Origin: Candidatus Zhuqueibacterota bacterium
GTDB taxonomy: Bacteria; Zhuqueibacterota; Zhuqueibacteria; Thermofontimicrobiales; Thermofontimicrobiaceae
Assembly (NCBI GenBank): GCA_049322915.1
Contig: JBMOPW010000036.1
Span: forward strand, 120,431 to 184,430
Direction: 5' to 3'
Length of the DNA stretch: 64,000 bases
Shown: positions 39,276 to 49,649 of the stretch, in pieces
Position numbering within the stretch: position 1 is the stretch's first letter
How the letters are laid out: every line of letters begins with the position of its first letter
Position numbers and translations under genes: made by a program
Notes under the pieces: generated by a model
Told to the model about the DNA's origin: nothing
Databases searched by the model: none
The model's input: only the letters and a program-made list of their open reading frames with translations

Positions 39276-40469
39276 TCACCGAAGGCTGAACGTCGGATCG
39301 AGGGACACGGCATCAGCCAGATCGACGAGTTGCGATGGGCCGGCAATTTTGCCGCGAATAATTTCAAGATTCAGATTCAGGCTTTGAATTGCCTCCACGA
39401 CCTGGTTTTCGTACACTTTATCGGTGAGCAAAACCATTGTTGGCCCTGTGTCCGTTGAAAAATAGACCGGGATGCCTTTCGAACGCAGGTCATTGCACAT
39501 TCGGAAAAGAATGATATTCTCCGGCTCCCAGGCAAATATTTTGTTTTCGCGGCTGCCGGACATGGTGATTCCGTGAAGCTGGATGCTGTCCAGTTCCGCC
39601 AATTGTCCGACCGTTTTCCAGTCGCCGGCCTGTATCGCTGAAATGCATTCCATTATTTCGCGTTTCCGATTGTACATCCAGCATCGAAAGAACTGGCTGT
39701 TCGGCGCGTCGCCATGTGCCGTCTCGGTGTGCAGACCTGTTTTGGATGCAATGGGAATGGTGATGAGACACAGATTGTCCAGTTGATTTTGAGAATCCAA
39801 TCGAACTGCAAAGCTGTCCTCGTGGGCAATGCCGGGATGAGACAGCCACAGTGAAACCCCGCCGGCTGCGCTGCGACTGCCAGAGCCGGCTAACAATCGG
39901 GAGAGGGTGGTTAGAAATCGCGTGTTTTCCACCGCTTCTGTTCCAAAGACAGCGGCAATGGCGGCTGTGGCCAGGGCCGCAGAGCCGGATGCGCTGGTGC
40001 CCAGGCCTTTCCCGGTGATTGAAGCCCGAACGACATTTTTGGAAATGACTCGGGCGTACGTGGAAATGCCGGCAATTTCCCGAACCACATCCAGCACTCG
40101 CGTCACCCGGTCCAATTCGCGCCCGGACGATTTCACACCTTGAATCGTCACGTCGTCCTGCGGCAACTGCTTTTCAAATGATACCAGAGTCAATGAATAG
40201 GCAGCGTCGTTATTCACGGAAATGCTGGGCAGGTAGCTGATGCGCCAGTCCCAGTCGGTCATTCCGTGGTATTTCAAAATACCCTGCATGGGATAGGCTT
40301 TGGCAACCGCTGCTCCTTCCTCCCGCCCTTTATTTTTCAAATCCGGATAGTCAGGGATTTCAATTCCAATCTCGCGCAGATTGACCAGAATTTCCTGCTG
40401 CGCGGCGCGCATGGTCGAAACTGTATCATAAAAATTTTCTGGGATATGTGTCGTCACGTGATTCCTCAA
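39276..40469 (-). CDS. mvaD: Mevalonate-5-phosphate decarboxylase (haloarchaeal/Chloroflexi type), GHMP family
   Basis: AYPMQGILKYHG, GKGLGTSASGSAAL, AGSGSRS, YFSTDTGP. Confidence 0.85.
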   Translation of the reverse strand: MRNHVTTHIPENFYDTVSTMRAAQQEILVNLREIGIEIPDYPDLKNKGREEGAAVAKAYPMQGILKYHGMTDWDWRISYLPSISVNNDAAYSLTLVSFEKQLPQDDVTIQGVKSSGRELDRVTRVLDVVREIAGISTYARVISKNVVRASITGKGLGTSASGSAALATAAIAAVFGTEAVENTRFLTTLSRLLAGSGSRSAAGGVSLWLSHPGIAHEDSFAVRLDSQNQLDNLCLITIPIASKTGLHTETAHGDAPNSQFFRCWMYNRKREIMECISAIQAGDWKTVGQLAELDSIQLHGITMSGSRENKIFAWEPENIILFRMCNDLRSKGIPVYFSTDTGPTMVLLTDKVYENQVVEAIQSLNLNLEIIRGKIAGPSQLVDLADAVSLDPTFSLR

Positions 40470-41176
40470 TTATGTTTAAAAACGGTTAGTCCGAAAAAAA
40501 GTATTTGAGCGAAGTAGGCATGAAAGACAATCGCCGGATATTTCACATCCATGATGTTGAATCGAGTCCCGGCCAGCGCGAACCCGTAACTGATGACATA
40601 CCATGCCGCGTAGTTTTGAACCGGAATCGAATTGCCGCTCCAGATCCAATAGCCTGTTTTGAGCACGGCGGCTTCCATGACGCCATCGAACAAAACCATG
40701 AGAGCTGCGATGATGGCCGCCCGGACGAAATAATGGGTTCGCCAATTGCGTCCAGAAATTTTTTGCGCCACGGCAGTGGAGGTGAGCAGCATGCACAACC
40801 ACGCAAAGCCAATGGCGACTGGGACGCCGAACAGCAACGGCTGCAACGATTCGCTGTAATGGTATTCGCCGAAGATTTTCCCGGTGGTAACGCCCAGCCA
40901 TTCGATGGCGATGCTGGCGATGAACACGAACAGCCCCCAGAGGATGAACAGCATCCTGGCTTGCGGTTGGTCGATGCGTCGCAAGCTGGCCCCGACGACC
41001 AACAGCGAGAGCGCCATGAGCATGGGTGCGGCGAGGATTCGCATCAGCGTCTGGAACAGGCCGAGCGCATGCCACAGTCCGCCGGCAATGAGCAGAAAAT
41101 ACATGACCCCAATAACGATCCATTCCCGTTTATCAGGCGTGCTCATGGGCATCATCCCCGGCTGAAAAATTCGCAT
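40466..41176 (-). CDS. cruF: Carotenoid 1,2-hydratase-family membrane protein (CruF-like)
   Basis: EWLGVTTGKIFGEYHY...LFGVPVAIGFAW, FDGVME, GYWIW...PVQNYAAW; start codon uncertain (41176 or 41155). Confidence 0.85.
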   Translation of the reverse strand: MRIFQPGMMPMSTPDKREWIVIGVMYFLLIAGGLWHALGLFQTLMRILAAPMLMALSLLVVGASLRRIDQPQARMLFILWGLFVFIASIAIEWLGVTTGKIFGEYHYSESLQPLLFGVPVAIGFAWLCMLLTSTAVAQKISGRNWRTHYFVRAAIIAALMVLFDGVMEAAVLKTGYWIWSGNSIPVQNYAAWYVISYGFALAGTRFNIMDVKYPAIVFHAYFAQILFFGLTVFKHN

Positions 41177-41177
41177 G

Positions 41178-43562
41178 TTAAAATTCAACTGAGACTCCAC
41201 CGACTGGCAGCGTTGAGTACTGCAAAACGCGGTCTTTGGTTCCGTCGTCGTTGTAATTATAGTTCCAGATATTCTCACGATTGTAAATATTCACCAGGTC
41301 GAAAAAGATAACCAGGTTCCACGTATCGAAAATGAACCGTCGGTCGATGCGGACATCGAGCCGGTGATAGGCCGGGTATCGTTCGGAATTGAGTTGCTGC
41401 TGTTCTTCCACGACCCATTCGCGCAGCTCGGGATGATAGATCGGCGGCGTGAACGGACGCCCGCCCAGATAGCGGAACTTGGTGCTCACTTCAAATTCGT
41501 CCGCCGGGAAAACCGGCAGCCAGGCCAACGCATGAAACCACCACTGATGTTTCATCTTCGTGTACCAGTGGTGGTTTTTGAAATTCACTTTGTACCCGCT
41601 GATGAAGGTGAACACATTGCGGTAGTCATAATCCCAGTCGAAATAGGTGTCGTACCGGGGATCTTTTGCCTCAGCCTCTGAATAGGCGTAACTCAGAATT
41701 GTCGAGAATCCGCTGGTTATTTTTTTCTGAAGGAAGAATTCGACCCCTCTGGCGCGGCCGGAACCGCTGTTCAGGTAAGCGCCGTCGTTGTAATCGTACG
41801 GGTCCAGCGTGGTGAGCGTTTTACTGACCGGCACCTGATTGTATTCTTTATAATAGGCCTCGATCACCAGCTTGATATCCTCCCGAAACAATTGTTCGAC
41901 CCCGGCAATGACCTGTTCGGTGAATTTGCTCTTCAGATTTTTGTTGCGTTCATTGGCCGCTAACTCCACGTAGGAGGGCGTCTGATAATGTTTGCCATAG
42001 GCCAGGTTCAGCGTTGTTTTGGGATTAAGAAAATATGACAATCCGAGCCGCGGACTCCACGAGGCGAATCCAGTCAGGTCAAAATAGTCGTAACGCAACC
42101 CGGACGTGAGGCGCAAACGACTCAGAATATCCAGTGAGACCTGGGCATAAGTAGCTGTTTTAAACGACTGCACATTCCGGGCAATCGAGTATTCCGGATA
42201 GTCGCGAAAGATACCGATACTGGTTTCCGGATTTACCGGATAATCGTACACATAAAGCGTATCTGCGTCATTTCGGACGTCATATTCGAAGTGCACATTT
42301 TTGAAGGAAGCACCGAAATTGAATTCCATATTTTTCATAACTTGGTACACGAAATCGGACTTGACTTGATATTCCGATTCCCGGGATTCATTGGTGAAAA
42401 AGATATCCCGGATACCCGGCCCGGGCATTTCGTACACATCGACATAAAAATTGCTCCGAACCGCAGACAGCGTCGTGAACGAATACAGATTTTTTCGCCA
42501 GAACGTACGCAGCGTCAGCCCAAGGATGGACTGATCATTCTTTGTGTCCACATTTTCTGCGCCACGGCCGTAGCCGGCCTCATCGCCTTCTTCGATATTG
42601 ATCCGATCGTTCCCATACACGGAGTTCATGTACAGCGTATTTCGCCGATCCAGGTTGAATGTCATTTTTCCCTGGAAATTGTAATAATGGGGGACGGCAG
42701 TGAGCCCGGTGGAGGAGATGATCAAATCGAGGTAGCTCTTGCGAGCCGAGAAAATATAGCTTCCTGATGATCCGATCGGGCCTTCGAGAAGGGCGCCGAT
42801 GCCGGCCATGCCCAGGCTTCCTTCAGCCCGGAAGCGGTCAGTCGATCCATCGCGCAGCGAAATATCCATCACCGAAGATGCTTTATCCCCGTATTTCGCG
42901 GAAAAAGCGCCAGCATAAAAATCGATATTTCGCACCATGTAGCTGTTGAGTAAATTGATCGGCCCGCCTCCTGCGCCCTGAACGGCGAAGTGGTTCGGGT
43001 TGGGAATTTCGATATTGTCCATCAGAAACAAATTCTCTCCGGGATAGCCACCGCGAATGAGGATTTCATTCATCTGATCGCTGCCGGAAACCACCGCCGG
43101 TAACGCCTGCACCGCACGCTGAATATCGACCAGATCGCCGGGGCTGCGTCGAATCTCCTCGAAATCCATGGAGCGCGTGCTGACGACCGCTTCTTTCGGC
43201 TTTTCGAAATGGCTCGCGGTCACTTCGACCGATTCCATCTCCAGGGCCGTCGCTTCCATTCGGATTTCCAGACGATTGGTTCGATTGGGATTCACGATGA
43301 CGTTGCCCCGCGTGACGCTGTGATAGCCTAAATAGAACACCTTCACGTTGTAGCTTCCCGGCGCTAATTGAGGGATTATAAAATTCCCGACAGTGTCCGT
43401 GGCTGCGCCGCGATTTGTATTTTCGATGACAACATTGGCGCCGATCAATCCCTGCAGCGTGCGCATGTCAATCACTCTGCCAGAAATTGCGCCGGGTTTT
43501 TCATCCGCAACAAGGTGAGTTACGCTGATTAGCAGTATTAACAGGATCGTTCTGATTTTCAT
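41178..43562 (-). CDS. TonB-dependent receptor
   Basis: Signal peptide, carboxypeptidase-regulatory-like N-domain, plug (IRGG..ENL...IPNPNHF), barrel ending VSVEF. Confidence 0.92.
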   Translation of the reverse strand: MKIRTILLILLISVTHLVADEKPGAISGRVIDMRTLQGLIGANVVIENTNRGAATDTVGNFIIPQLAPGSYNVKVFYLGYHSVTRGNVIVNPNRTNRLEIRMEATALEMESVEVTASHFEKPKEAVVSTRSMDFEEIRRSPGDLVDIQRAVQALPAVVSGSDQMNEILIRGGYPGENLFLMDNIEIPNPNHFAVQGAGGGPINLLNSYMVRNIDFYAGAFSAKYGDKASSVMDISLRDGSTDRFRAEGSLGMAGIGALLEGPIGSSGSYIFSARKSYLDLIISSTGLTAVPHYYNFQGKMTFNLDRRNTLYMNSVYGNDRINIEEGDEAGYGRGAENVDTKNDQSILGLTLRTFWRKNLYSFTTLSAVRSNFYVDVYEMPGPGIRDIFFTNESRESEYQVKSDFVYQVMKNMEFNFGASFKNVHFEYDVRNDADTLYVYDYPVNPETSIGIFRDYPEYSIARNVQSFKTATYAQVSLDILSRLRLTSGLRYDYFDLTGFASWSPRLGLSYFLNPKTTLNLAYGKHYQTPSYVELAANERNKNLKSKFTEQVIAGVEQLFREDIKLVIEAYYKEYNQVPVSKTLTTLDPYDYNDGAYLNSGSGRARGVEFFLQKKITSGFSTILSYAYSEAEAKDPRYDTYFDWDYDYRNVFTFISGYKVNFKNHHWYTKMKHQWWFHALAWLPVFPADEFEVSTKFRYLGGRPFTPPIYHPELREWVVEEQQQLNSERYPAYHRLDVRIDRRFIFDTWNLVIFFDLVNIYNRENIWNYNYNDDGTKDRVLQYSTLPVGGVSVEF

Positions 43563-43817
43563 TTCTGCACCCAATATGTAAAATGAGTTTCAATATCAAC
43601 TGTCAGTTAAATCCAGCAAGGGAATTGTTAGAATAAACGTTTTCAAAACCGATGCGTAGGGAAGGAATGGCGCCTGCTGCGGCATTCGTTCACAGCCCAT
43701 CGATCACCGTCCCTGCTCCATTGGCTGATCGCGCTGTTTCTGTATCCAGCGCGTCCATTGGATTGGAACTTACGTTCCCGAATAGGCGCTCCGTTCGGGT
43801 ATCTGACGTAACAGTTA

Positions 43818-45236
43818 CTAATTTTTTTCTTCATCCTTCAGAATTTCGACCAGTTCGATATCCTTGCATTCAAGGGTATCTTTATTCTCCGGAGCTTCGC
43901 ACATTTCTTTCAACATGAAATGCTTCAGAAGCTCTTTGGCGCGGTCGAACCGGACGCGCCCTTCATGCGCCATTTGATTGGCAATTCGGATGGCCATTTC
44001 GCCGAACGCGCCGGCGAACACCGCCACGTTTTTCGCGTGCAGCGTCATGTGTCCTTTCTGAATGCCCTCCGTGGCCAGCGTCCACACGGCAGCGAAATTC
44101 TGAACCAGACCGGCAGCGGCGACCACCTGCGCCAGTTCGCTGCTGGATTCGACGTGCATGATGTTGAGCAGCGTTTTAACGCCGGGATGAATTTTGGTGA
44201 TACCGCCAACAATGCCCAGAGCCATGGGGATTTCGATTTCACCGTGAAATTTCCCAGCGTCGTCGAAGTAGTATCGCGTCACCGGGCGATAGCGTCCGTC
44301 GCGTGAGGCATAGGCATGAACGCCGGCTTCAACCGCGCGCCAGTCGTTTCCTGTGGCAATGAGCACGCCGTCGATGCCGTTCATCACGCCCTTGTTGTGC
44401 GTGGCGGCGCGATGGGGATCGGCATCGGCAAAGTGGTAAGCCTGAATGATCCGCCGGGCTGCCTTTTTCCCATCGAACGATGCGCGGCTCAGGCATTCGA
44501 CATTGTCCAACTCGAAATGGACCTTCACCATCCGGCGGTCCGAGTAATTGGAGACGATCTGGCAAATGACCTCGCCTTGCACGAGCTCGGCAATGATGGG
44601 GCCCAGAATTTCAGCCATGGTATTCACGATGTTCGCGCCCATGGCGTCGCGGCAATTCACCAGCAAGTTGGCGACGACCATGGGTCCGCTCTGCGTGTCC
44701 AGAATCTCCACTTCGATGTCGCGCACGCCGCCGCCCAGTCGGACAATGGTGAAATCGTTCTGGTTGGCAACCTTCATCAACTGGGCTTTTTCGGCCTCGA
44801 TCAGCTTTTTGGCTTTGTGGGGATCGGCCACATTGACGATTTGTATCTGGCTGATCATGATGGGCTCCGACGCCTGCGCCTTCATGCTGCCGTTCTCCCG
44901 AATGAGTCGCGCTGCATTGCTGGCAGCCGCCACCACCGAGGATTCTTCAATGGCCATGGGCACAAGGTAATCCTTGTCGTTCAATTGCAGATTGACCGCC
45001 ATTCCCAGAGGCAGGCCAAATACGCCGATGGCGTTTTCAATCATCAAATCGGCCAGTTCCGGGGTGAGCGTCTCTTTTTTCAGCATCCATTTTTCATTGC
45101 GCGTGAGGGGATGCCGTTCCGCAATTTTATCCAATCGCTGGGTCAGGTCGAGTTTGTAAAAACCTGGCAGCCGTGACGTTCGGTCGTTTCCTATATGTTC
45201 CTGTTCCGGTAACTTTATTTTCAATGAGGATTCCAT
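43818..45236 (-). CDS. mvaA: Hydroxymethylglutaryl-CoA reductase, class II
   Basis: MIENAIG, EESSVVAA, DAMGAN, RAATHNKG, GNDWRA, EGIQKGHMTLH. Confidence 0.95.
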   Translation of the reverse strand: MESSLKIKLPEQEHIGNDRTSRLPGFYKLDLTQRLDKIAERHPLTRNEKWMLKKETLTPELADLMIENAIGVFGLPLGMAVNLQLNDKDYLVPMAIEESSVVAAASNAARLIRENGSMKAQASEPIMISQIQIVNVADPHKAKKLIEAEKAQLMKVANQNDFTIVRLGGGVRDIEVEILDTQSGPMVVANLLVNCRDAMGANIVNTMAEILGPIIAELVQGEVICQIVSNYSDRRMVKVHFELDNVECLSRASFDGKKAARRIIQAYHFADADPHRAATHNKGVMNGIDGVLIATGNDWRAVEAGVHAYASRDGRYRPVTRYYFDDAGKFHGEIEIPMALGIVGGITKIHPGVKTLLNIMHVESSSELAQVVAAAGLVQNFAAVWTLATEGIQKGHMTLHAKNVAVFAGAFGEMAIRIANQMAHEGRVRFDRAKELLKHFMLKEMCEAPENKDTLECKDIELVEILKDEEKN

Positions 45237-45405
45237 ATTCTGACTCCTGTTCGTTCAGAAACCACTTATAAGTCCACTCTAAAAAGGGGCTAATGCCCAA
45301 AAATCAATGGTAAATTTCTATTCCCCAAATTAAACGTCGGTTCAATTCAGGCTATCTAAGTTTTATTTTTATCAATTCACCCTACTACGTCATTTAACAA
45401 TTTCT

Positions 45406-45453
45406 GCACAATATATTGTATGTTATGTTGTCAGAAAATACTATATATTGTAC
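45406..45453. promoter_or_regulatory. Tandem NrdR-box-like operators, 32-bp period
   Basis: GCACAATATATTGTAT and ATACTATATATTGTAC versus consensus acaCwAtATaTwGtgt (14/16 and 13/16). Confidence 0.6.
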
Positions 45454-45480
45454 TAATAATTCTAAGTGACGTTGTAGGGT

Positions 45481-45533
45481 TAAATAACCATGTCATTTAT
45501 GACATGAAAAGAATATCATACCCAAGTTATCAA
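45481..45533 (+). repeat. REP-like hairpin repeat, copy A
   Basis: CATGTCAT-TT-ATGACATG palindrome; about 80% similar to the reverse complement of 60667-60719. Confidence 0.7.
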
Positions 45534-45538
45534 CTCAT

Positions 45539-46957
45539 CTAAAGAATTTCTTCGAAATAAGCGCCGTGATAACCGAATAAAATCGGATGGGGCACTTGCA
45601 CGCGAGCCATTTCAGTGAATGATGCGGCATCCAGAACCAGCAGGCTGGATGTCCCGGACGTCTCGCTCAAAATCACCGATAAAACCACGCCATCATCTTC
45701 GTTCGTTCTGCCAGGTCGGCCCACGAAAATCGGCTCGCCGGGATAGGAATCCCGGTCGTACCAGGCCGTGGACGCGCCGGTTTTCACATCGATTTTAACC
45801 AGTTGATTGTAGAATCCTGATCGTTTTTTCCGGTTCAAACTGACGCCGTAGACGTAGCGGTAATTGCCGTTCATGGTGAACCGTCGATAGTCATAATTGC
45901 TCAATTCGAGATTCTCTTCCGAGAGCAGCTCATGAGTGATCTTTTTGGATTTCAGATCGATGCGGTAGCGTCGTAAATCGCCGAACGGAATTTCGGAGCG
46001 TTCGTCTTTGAGTTTGTCCAGATAGAACGCGTGAATCACCTCTGCGTCCGCGTAGGCGTTGATATCGACCAGCAATTCATCGCCGGATTCGAATGCATTG
46101 ACATGATGAAACGCGAAAAAGGCGTCGCTCTTCAGCTTCAGAACAATCTTCCCGGTCGCGCGATCCATCACCGTGAAGGTCGTCCCTTTGTTCGGCTTCC
46201 ACTTGAAATTTTCAATGAATGGCCGGACCTGGAACAGCAGGCTCAGCGGCTGAACGACCAATGGAAATTCAGTCAGGATGATGTATCGGGGCGACAGGCC
46301 AAAGCTGTGCATATAGGCCGGTTTGGACACCGGCATTTCGCCTGTCACCCGGATGCGGCCGCTGGCGTCGATTTGAACAAATCGATAATGGCTGACGCGA
46401 CCGAAGCGCGTGACCAACTGGTACACGGTGTTGCTGTTGAAATCGAACTGAGGGTGCACCGTGGTGATGTGTTGTTTGTATTTCTCTTCGTAATGAAACG
46501 TGCCAAGTACGTCCAATGTATGCGGATCAAATTGAATCTGCTCCGAGGTCTCACCGAGCGCCAGGTATTTGCCAGCGATCTGTTCGATATTCACCTTGGC
46601 GCTATCTGTGATCCGCTGATCGAACACGGCAAATACCCGGCCGAGCGCGGAGCGGTGCGGATCCGTGGCATATTCGGAATACATGATGCGACCTGTTTGC
46701 TGAGCCCGGCGATACGCGTCGCAGCGGAGAAATTTATTGGCGTAGGAGACATTGCCATGCGAAATAGTGAATTTATGCAGCATGGCCAATCCATCGAACC
46801 AGTGGCGGTAGCGCTCCGTCCCGACGGAAAAGGCGCCCGGCCCGTTTCGGAATAATGTCCCGGCCAGCCAGTCCGGGAGATTCCCGGTCATCGGGAGTTG
46901 GCTGTAGTGAAATTCTCCGCTGGATTGGAGAAATCCAAGTTCAAATATTCTGGACAT
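45539..46957 (-). CDS. Carotenoid cleavage oxygenase (RPE65/ACO family)
   Basis: LFRNGPG, HWFDG, four Fe-ligand His (TVHP, MHSF, FHHV, YHG), EPIFV, EDDG. Confidence 0.93.
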   Translation of the reverse strand: MSRIFELGFLQSSGEFHYSQLPMTGNLPDWLAGTLFRNGPGAFSVGTERYRHWFDGLAMLHKFTISHGNVSYANKFLRCDAYRRAQQTGRIMYSEYATDPHRSALGRVFAVFDQRITDSAKVNIEQIAGKYLALGETSEQIQFDPHTLDVLGTFHYEEKYKQHITTVHPQFDFNSNTVYQLVTRFGRVSHYRFVQIDASGRIRVTGEMPVSKPAYMHSFGLSPRYIILTEFPLVVQPLSLLFQVRPFIENFKWKPNKGTTFTVMDRATGKIVLKLKSDAFFAFHHVNAFESGDELLVDINAYADAEVIHAFYLDKLKDERSEIPFGDLRRYRIDLKSKKITHELLSEENLELSNYDYRRFTMNGNYRYVYGVSLNRKKRSGFYNQLVKIDVKTGASTAWYDRDSYPGEPIFVGRPGRTNEDDGVVLSVILSETSGTSSLLVLDAASFTEMARVQVPHPILFGYHGAYFEEIL

Positions 46958-46976
46958 GGCGTATCCTTTCTATGGA

Positions 46977-48467
46977 TTATAATGTGGCCCGCGGTGACGG
47001 ATCGATGAGTTCGGCCACGATTTTCCCGGACGAAAGCACGGCCGGCACCCCGGCGCCCGGATGCGTGCCGGCGCCGACAAAGTAGAGATTATCGAATTCT
47101 TCGGAGCGATTGTGCGGCCGCCAGTATCCTGACTGGAGCAGGCTCGGCTTCACCGAAAATGCCGCGCCCAGATAGCTGTTCAGCGTGTCGTGAAAATGCG
47201 TCGGATCGATGTGGTGCTCCGCAATGATATTGGCCCGCAAATCCGGCAGATAATGCTCTTCCAGATACTGGTAGATTTTCTGTTTGTACGGTTCAATTTC
47301 ATTCTTCCAGTCGATGTTCGCGCGCAGCGTGGGCACCAGCGATAGCACATAGAACGATTCACAGCCGGCCGGCGCAATGGACGAATCCGTGATTGTCGGC
47401 ATGTGCAAATACAGCGAAAAATCCTGCGGCAGTTTGTCCCCGCGGGTGATGTCCCGGAGCAGCCCTCTGTATCGGGGCGCGAACATGATGTTGTGATGAG
47501 CCAGCGGAGAATCGAGATAGCGGCGTTTCGTGCCGAAATAGATGACGACCAGCGACATGCTGTATTTCATGGAATCGATGCGGCGATTGGTGTATTTCCG
47601 GCGATGCTGCTCCGGAATGAGATGCCGATAGGCGTACGCTACATCGCCATTGCAGACAACCACATCGGCTCGTTCCGTCGAATTGTCCGCAAACCGCACC
47701 CCGGTGACCTGGCGATCTTTCACCAGGATTTCCGTCACTTCCGTGTTGAGATGAATTTTCCCGCCCAGGTCCGTGAAGAGTTTTCCCAGGCCGGCGACGA
47801 CTGAACCGGTGCCGCCGCGGGCGTAATGAACTCCCCATTCCTTTTCGAACTGCACGATGAGCGTGTACAATCCCGGCGTTTCGAACGGACTGCCTCCGAC
47901 AAGCAGCGGATGGAATGAGAAAAATCGGCGCAGATGCTCGTCCTTGATGTATCGGGCGACGAACCGATAGAAGCTCAACTGGCCCTGTAATTTAATGACC
48001 CCGGGCATAATTTTGAGCATTTTGCCGAATGTCAAAAACGACTGATCCGTGTAGGGATGGAACAGATCGAACATCTTTTTAGCCTGTCTGACGAACTTGC
48101 CGTAACCCACGACGTCCGAGGCGTTCCATTTTTGGATTTCCTGAACCATATCATCGAAATTATGGCGGTAATTGAATGCGTTCCCATGTTCATCGAAAAG
48201 ACGATAGAACGGATCCAACGGAATGAGCTCAAAATAGTCCTGGCGTTTTTTCCCGGCCGCTTTAAAAATTTCATCAAAAATATAGGGCGCAGTCATCACG
48301 GTGGGACCGCCATCGAATTTGAAGCCATTGATTTCATATTGATAGCCGCGACCGCCAAGTTTATCGCGTTTTTCATACAGCGTGACGTCATGCCCTTTGG
48401 CTGCCAGGCGATTGGCGGCTGCCAATCCTCCAAATCCGCTGCCAATAACGATGATTTTCTTCTTCAT
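46977..48467 (-). CDS. crtI: Phytoene desaturase family protein
   Basis: IGSGFGG, FDGGPT, FSLYLH, YFVGAGTHPGAGVP. Confidence 0.9.
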   Translation of the reverse strand: MKKKIIVIGSGFGGLAAANRLAAKGHDVTLYEKRDKLGGRGYQYEINGFKFDGGPTVMTAPYIFDEIFKAAGKKRQDYFELIPLDPFYRLFDEHGNAFNYRHNFDDMVQEIQKWNASDVVGYGKFVRQAKKMFDLFHPYTDQSFLTFGKMLKIMPGVIKLQGQLSFYRFVARYIKDEHLRRFFSFHPLLVGGSPFETPGLYTLIVQFEKEWGVHYARGGTGSVVAGLGKLFTDLGGKIHLNTEVTEILVKDRQVTGVRFADNSTERADVVVCNGDVAYAYRHLIPEQHRRKYTNRRIDSMKYSMSLVVIYFGTKRRYLDSPLAHHNIMFAPRYRGLLRDITRGDKLPQDFSLYLHMPTITDSSIAPAGCESFYVLSLVPTLRANIDWKNEIEPYKQKIYQYLEEHYLPDLRANIIAEHHIDPTHFHDTLNSYLGAAFSVKPSLLQSGYWRPHNRSEEFDNLYFVGAGTHPGAGVPAVLSSGKIVAELIDPSPRATL

Positions 48468-48520
48468 GTATTGATTCCTTTCAAATAGTCATGGGTAATG
48501 TATTTGTCAATTTCAATGTG

Positions 48521-49648
48521 TCACTTTCGGATTTGAATGTCTCTTCCTTTCCAGCGAATAATTCCCCTGCGCGCCGACAGAAATGAATTCATCCCGATCA
48601 TGACCGCGTAAAACATGCCGACCGGATGGAGCAGCAGGCTAACCCAGAAGGGATGCCTGTAGCGGACGGCTAACATCGCCCGGATGAGAATATTCAGTCC
48701 AATGGCAATCAGCGCCAGCGTTCGCAAAGATGCCAATGGCCAGAGCAGGTACGGCAGGATAAAGCCGGAGACCATGGCCGCCAGAATCCCGAAAAAGACG
48801 ATATTGTTGTAGCCGGCCAGCCCGTAAAAGTTTTTGGAAAAGCCAGCCCAGATTTCGCTCCGGCTGCGGTACATCCGGCAGAAGACAGCGCCGGTGCCGG
48901 CGAGTGTCAAAATTTTCATGCGGTACTTTTTGGCGATTCGGCTGAGGACAGTATCCTCCACCAGTTCACTTTTCACGGTGTGGTGTCCGCCCAATTTTTT
49001 ATAGGCATCCCGCGTGAGCGCCAGCCATTGCCCGTTGGCAGCCGCCATGGACGGAAACGGAGCGTAATAGGTCAGCCAGAGCGGCAGCGCGCCGTAGACG
49101 AAAATATCCATGATGGGAACGATGAGCTTTTCGGCCAGCGTGTGCGTCCATTGCTGCGGAAAAGCCGACAACATCCCCAACTCGTACTTCTGCAAATAGG
49201 CGACCGTGTTGGTCACGGCAAATGGCGCGTGGCGATTGTCCGCGTCGGTGAAGATGAGTATCTCGCCGCTGGCTTCCTCACTCAGTTGCTGACACGCCCA
49301 GTTCTTGCCGGTCCAGCCGGGCGGCACGTCGCTGCCGGACAGCAATCGAATGCGTGAATCCAGCGCTATCCAGGTGCGAACCACCTGTTCTGTGTCATCT
49401 TCGGACTGGTCGTTCAGGACAAGAATTTCCAGGTCAGGATAATCCTGCTTTGTTAGCCCTTCCAGACAGAGGCCAATGGTGTTCTCTTCGTTCCTGGCTG
49501 GAATCAGCACGGACACCACGGGCTGCGCGCCGGGCCTGGGCGCGCGGGCAATTCGCGGCGCAGTGATTATATTGACCACCGTCGTCACGAGCATCATTGT
49601 TAAAAAGCCTAAAGCAAAATAAAGTAGAATCGCCACGGATACCCCCAA
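48521..49648 (-). CDS. Carotenoid glycosyltransferase, GT2 (CruC/CrtQ-like)
   Basis: VSVLIPARNEE, PPGWTGKNWAC, FTDAD, ANGQ, LVED, GFSKN. Confidence 0.85.
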   Translation of the reverse strand: MGVSVAILLYFALGFLTMMLVTTVVNIITAPRIARAPRPGAQPVVSVLIPARNEENTIGLCLEGLTKQDYPDLEILVLNDQSEDDTEQVVRTWIALDSRIRLLSGSDVPPGWTGKNWACQQLSEEASGEILIFTDADNRHAPFAVTNTVAYLQKYELGMLSAFPQQWTHTLAEKLIVPIMDIFVYGALPLWLTYYAPFPSMAAANGQWLALTRDAYKKLGGHHTVKSELVEDTVLSRIAKKYRMKILTLAGTGAVFCRMYRSRSEIWAGFSKNFYGLAGYNNIVFFGILAAMVSGFILPYLLWPLASLRTLALIAIGLNILIRAMLAVRYRHPFWVSLLLHPVGMFYAVMIGMNSFLSARRGIIRWKGRDIQIRK

Positions 49649-49649
49649 A

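Noticed and set aside
43643..43834. 63-aa Arg-rich ORF overlapping the mvaA stop
   Set aside because: No motif or other support; may be spurious.
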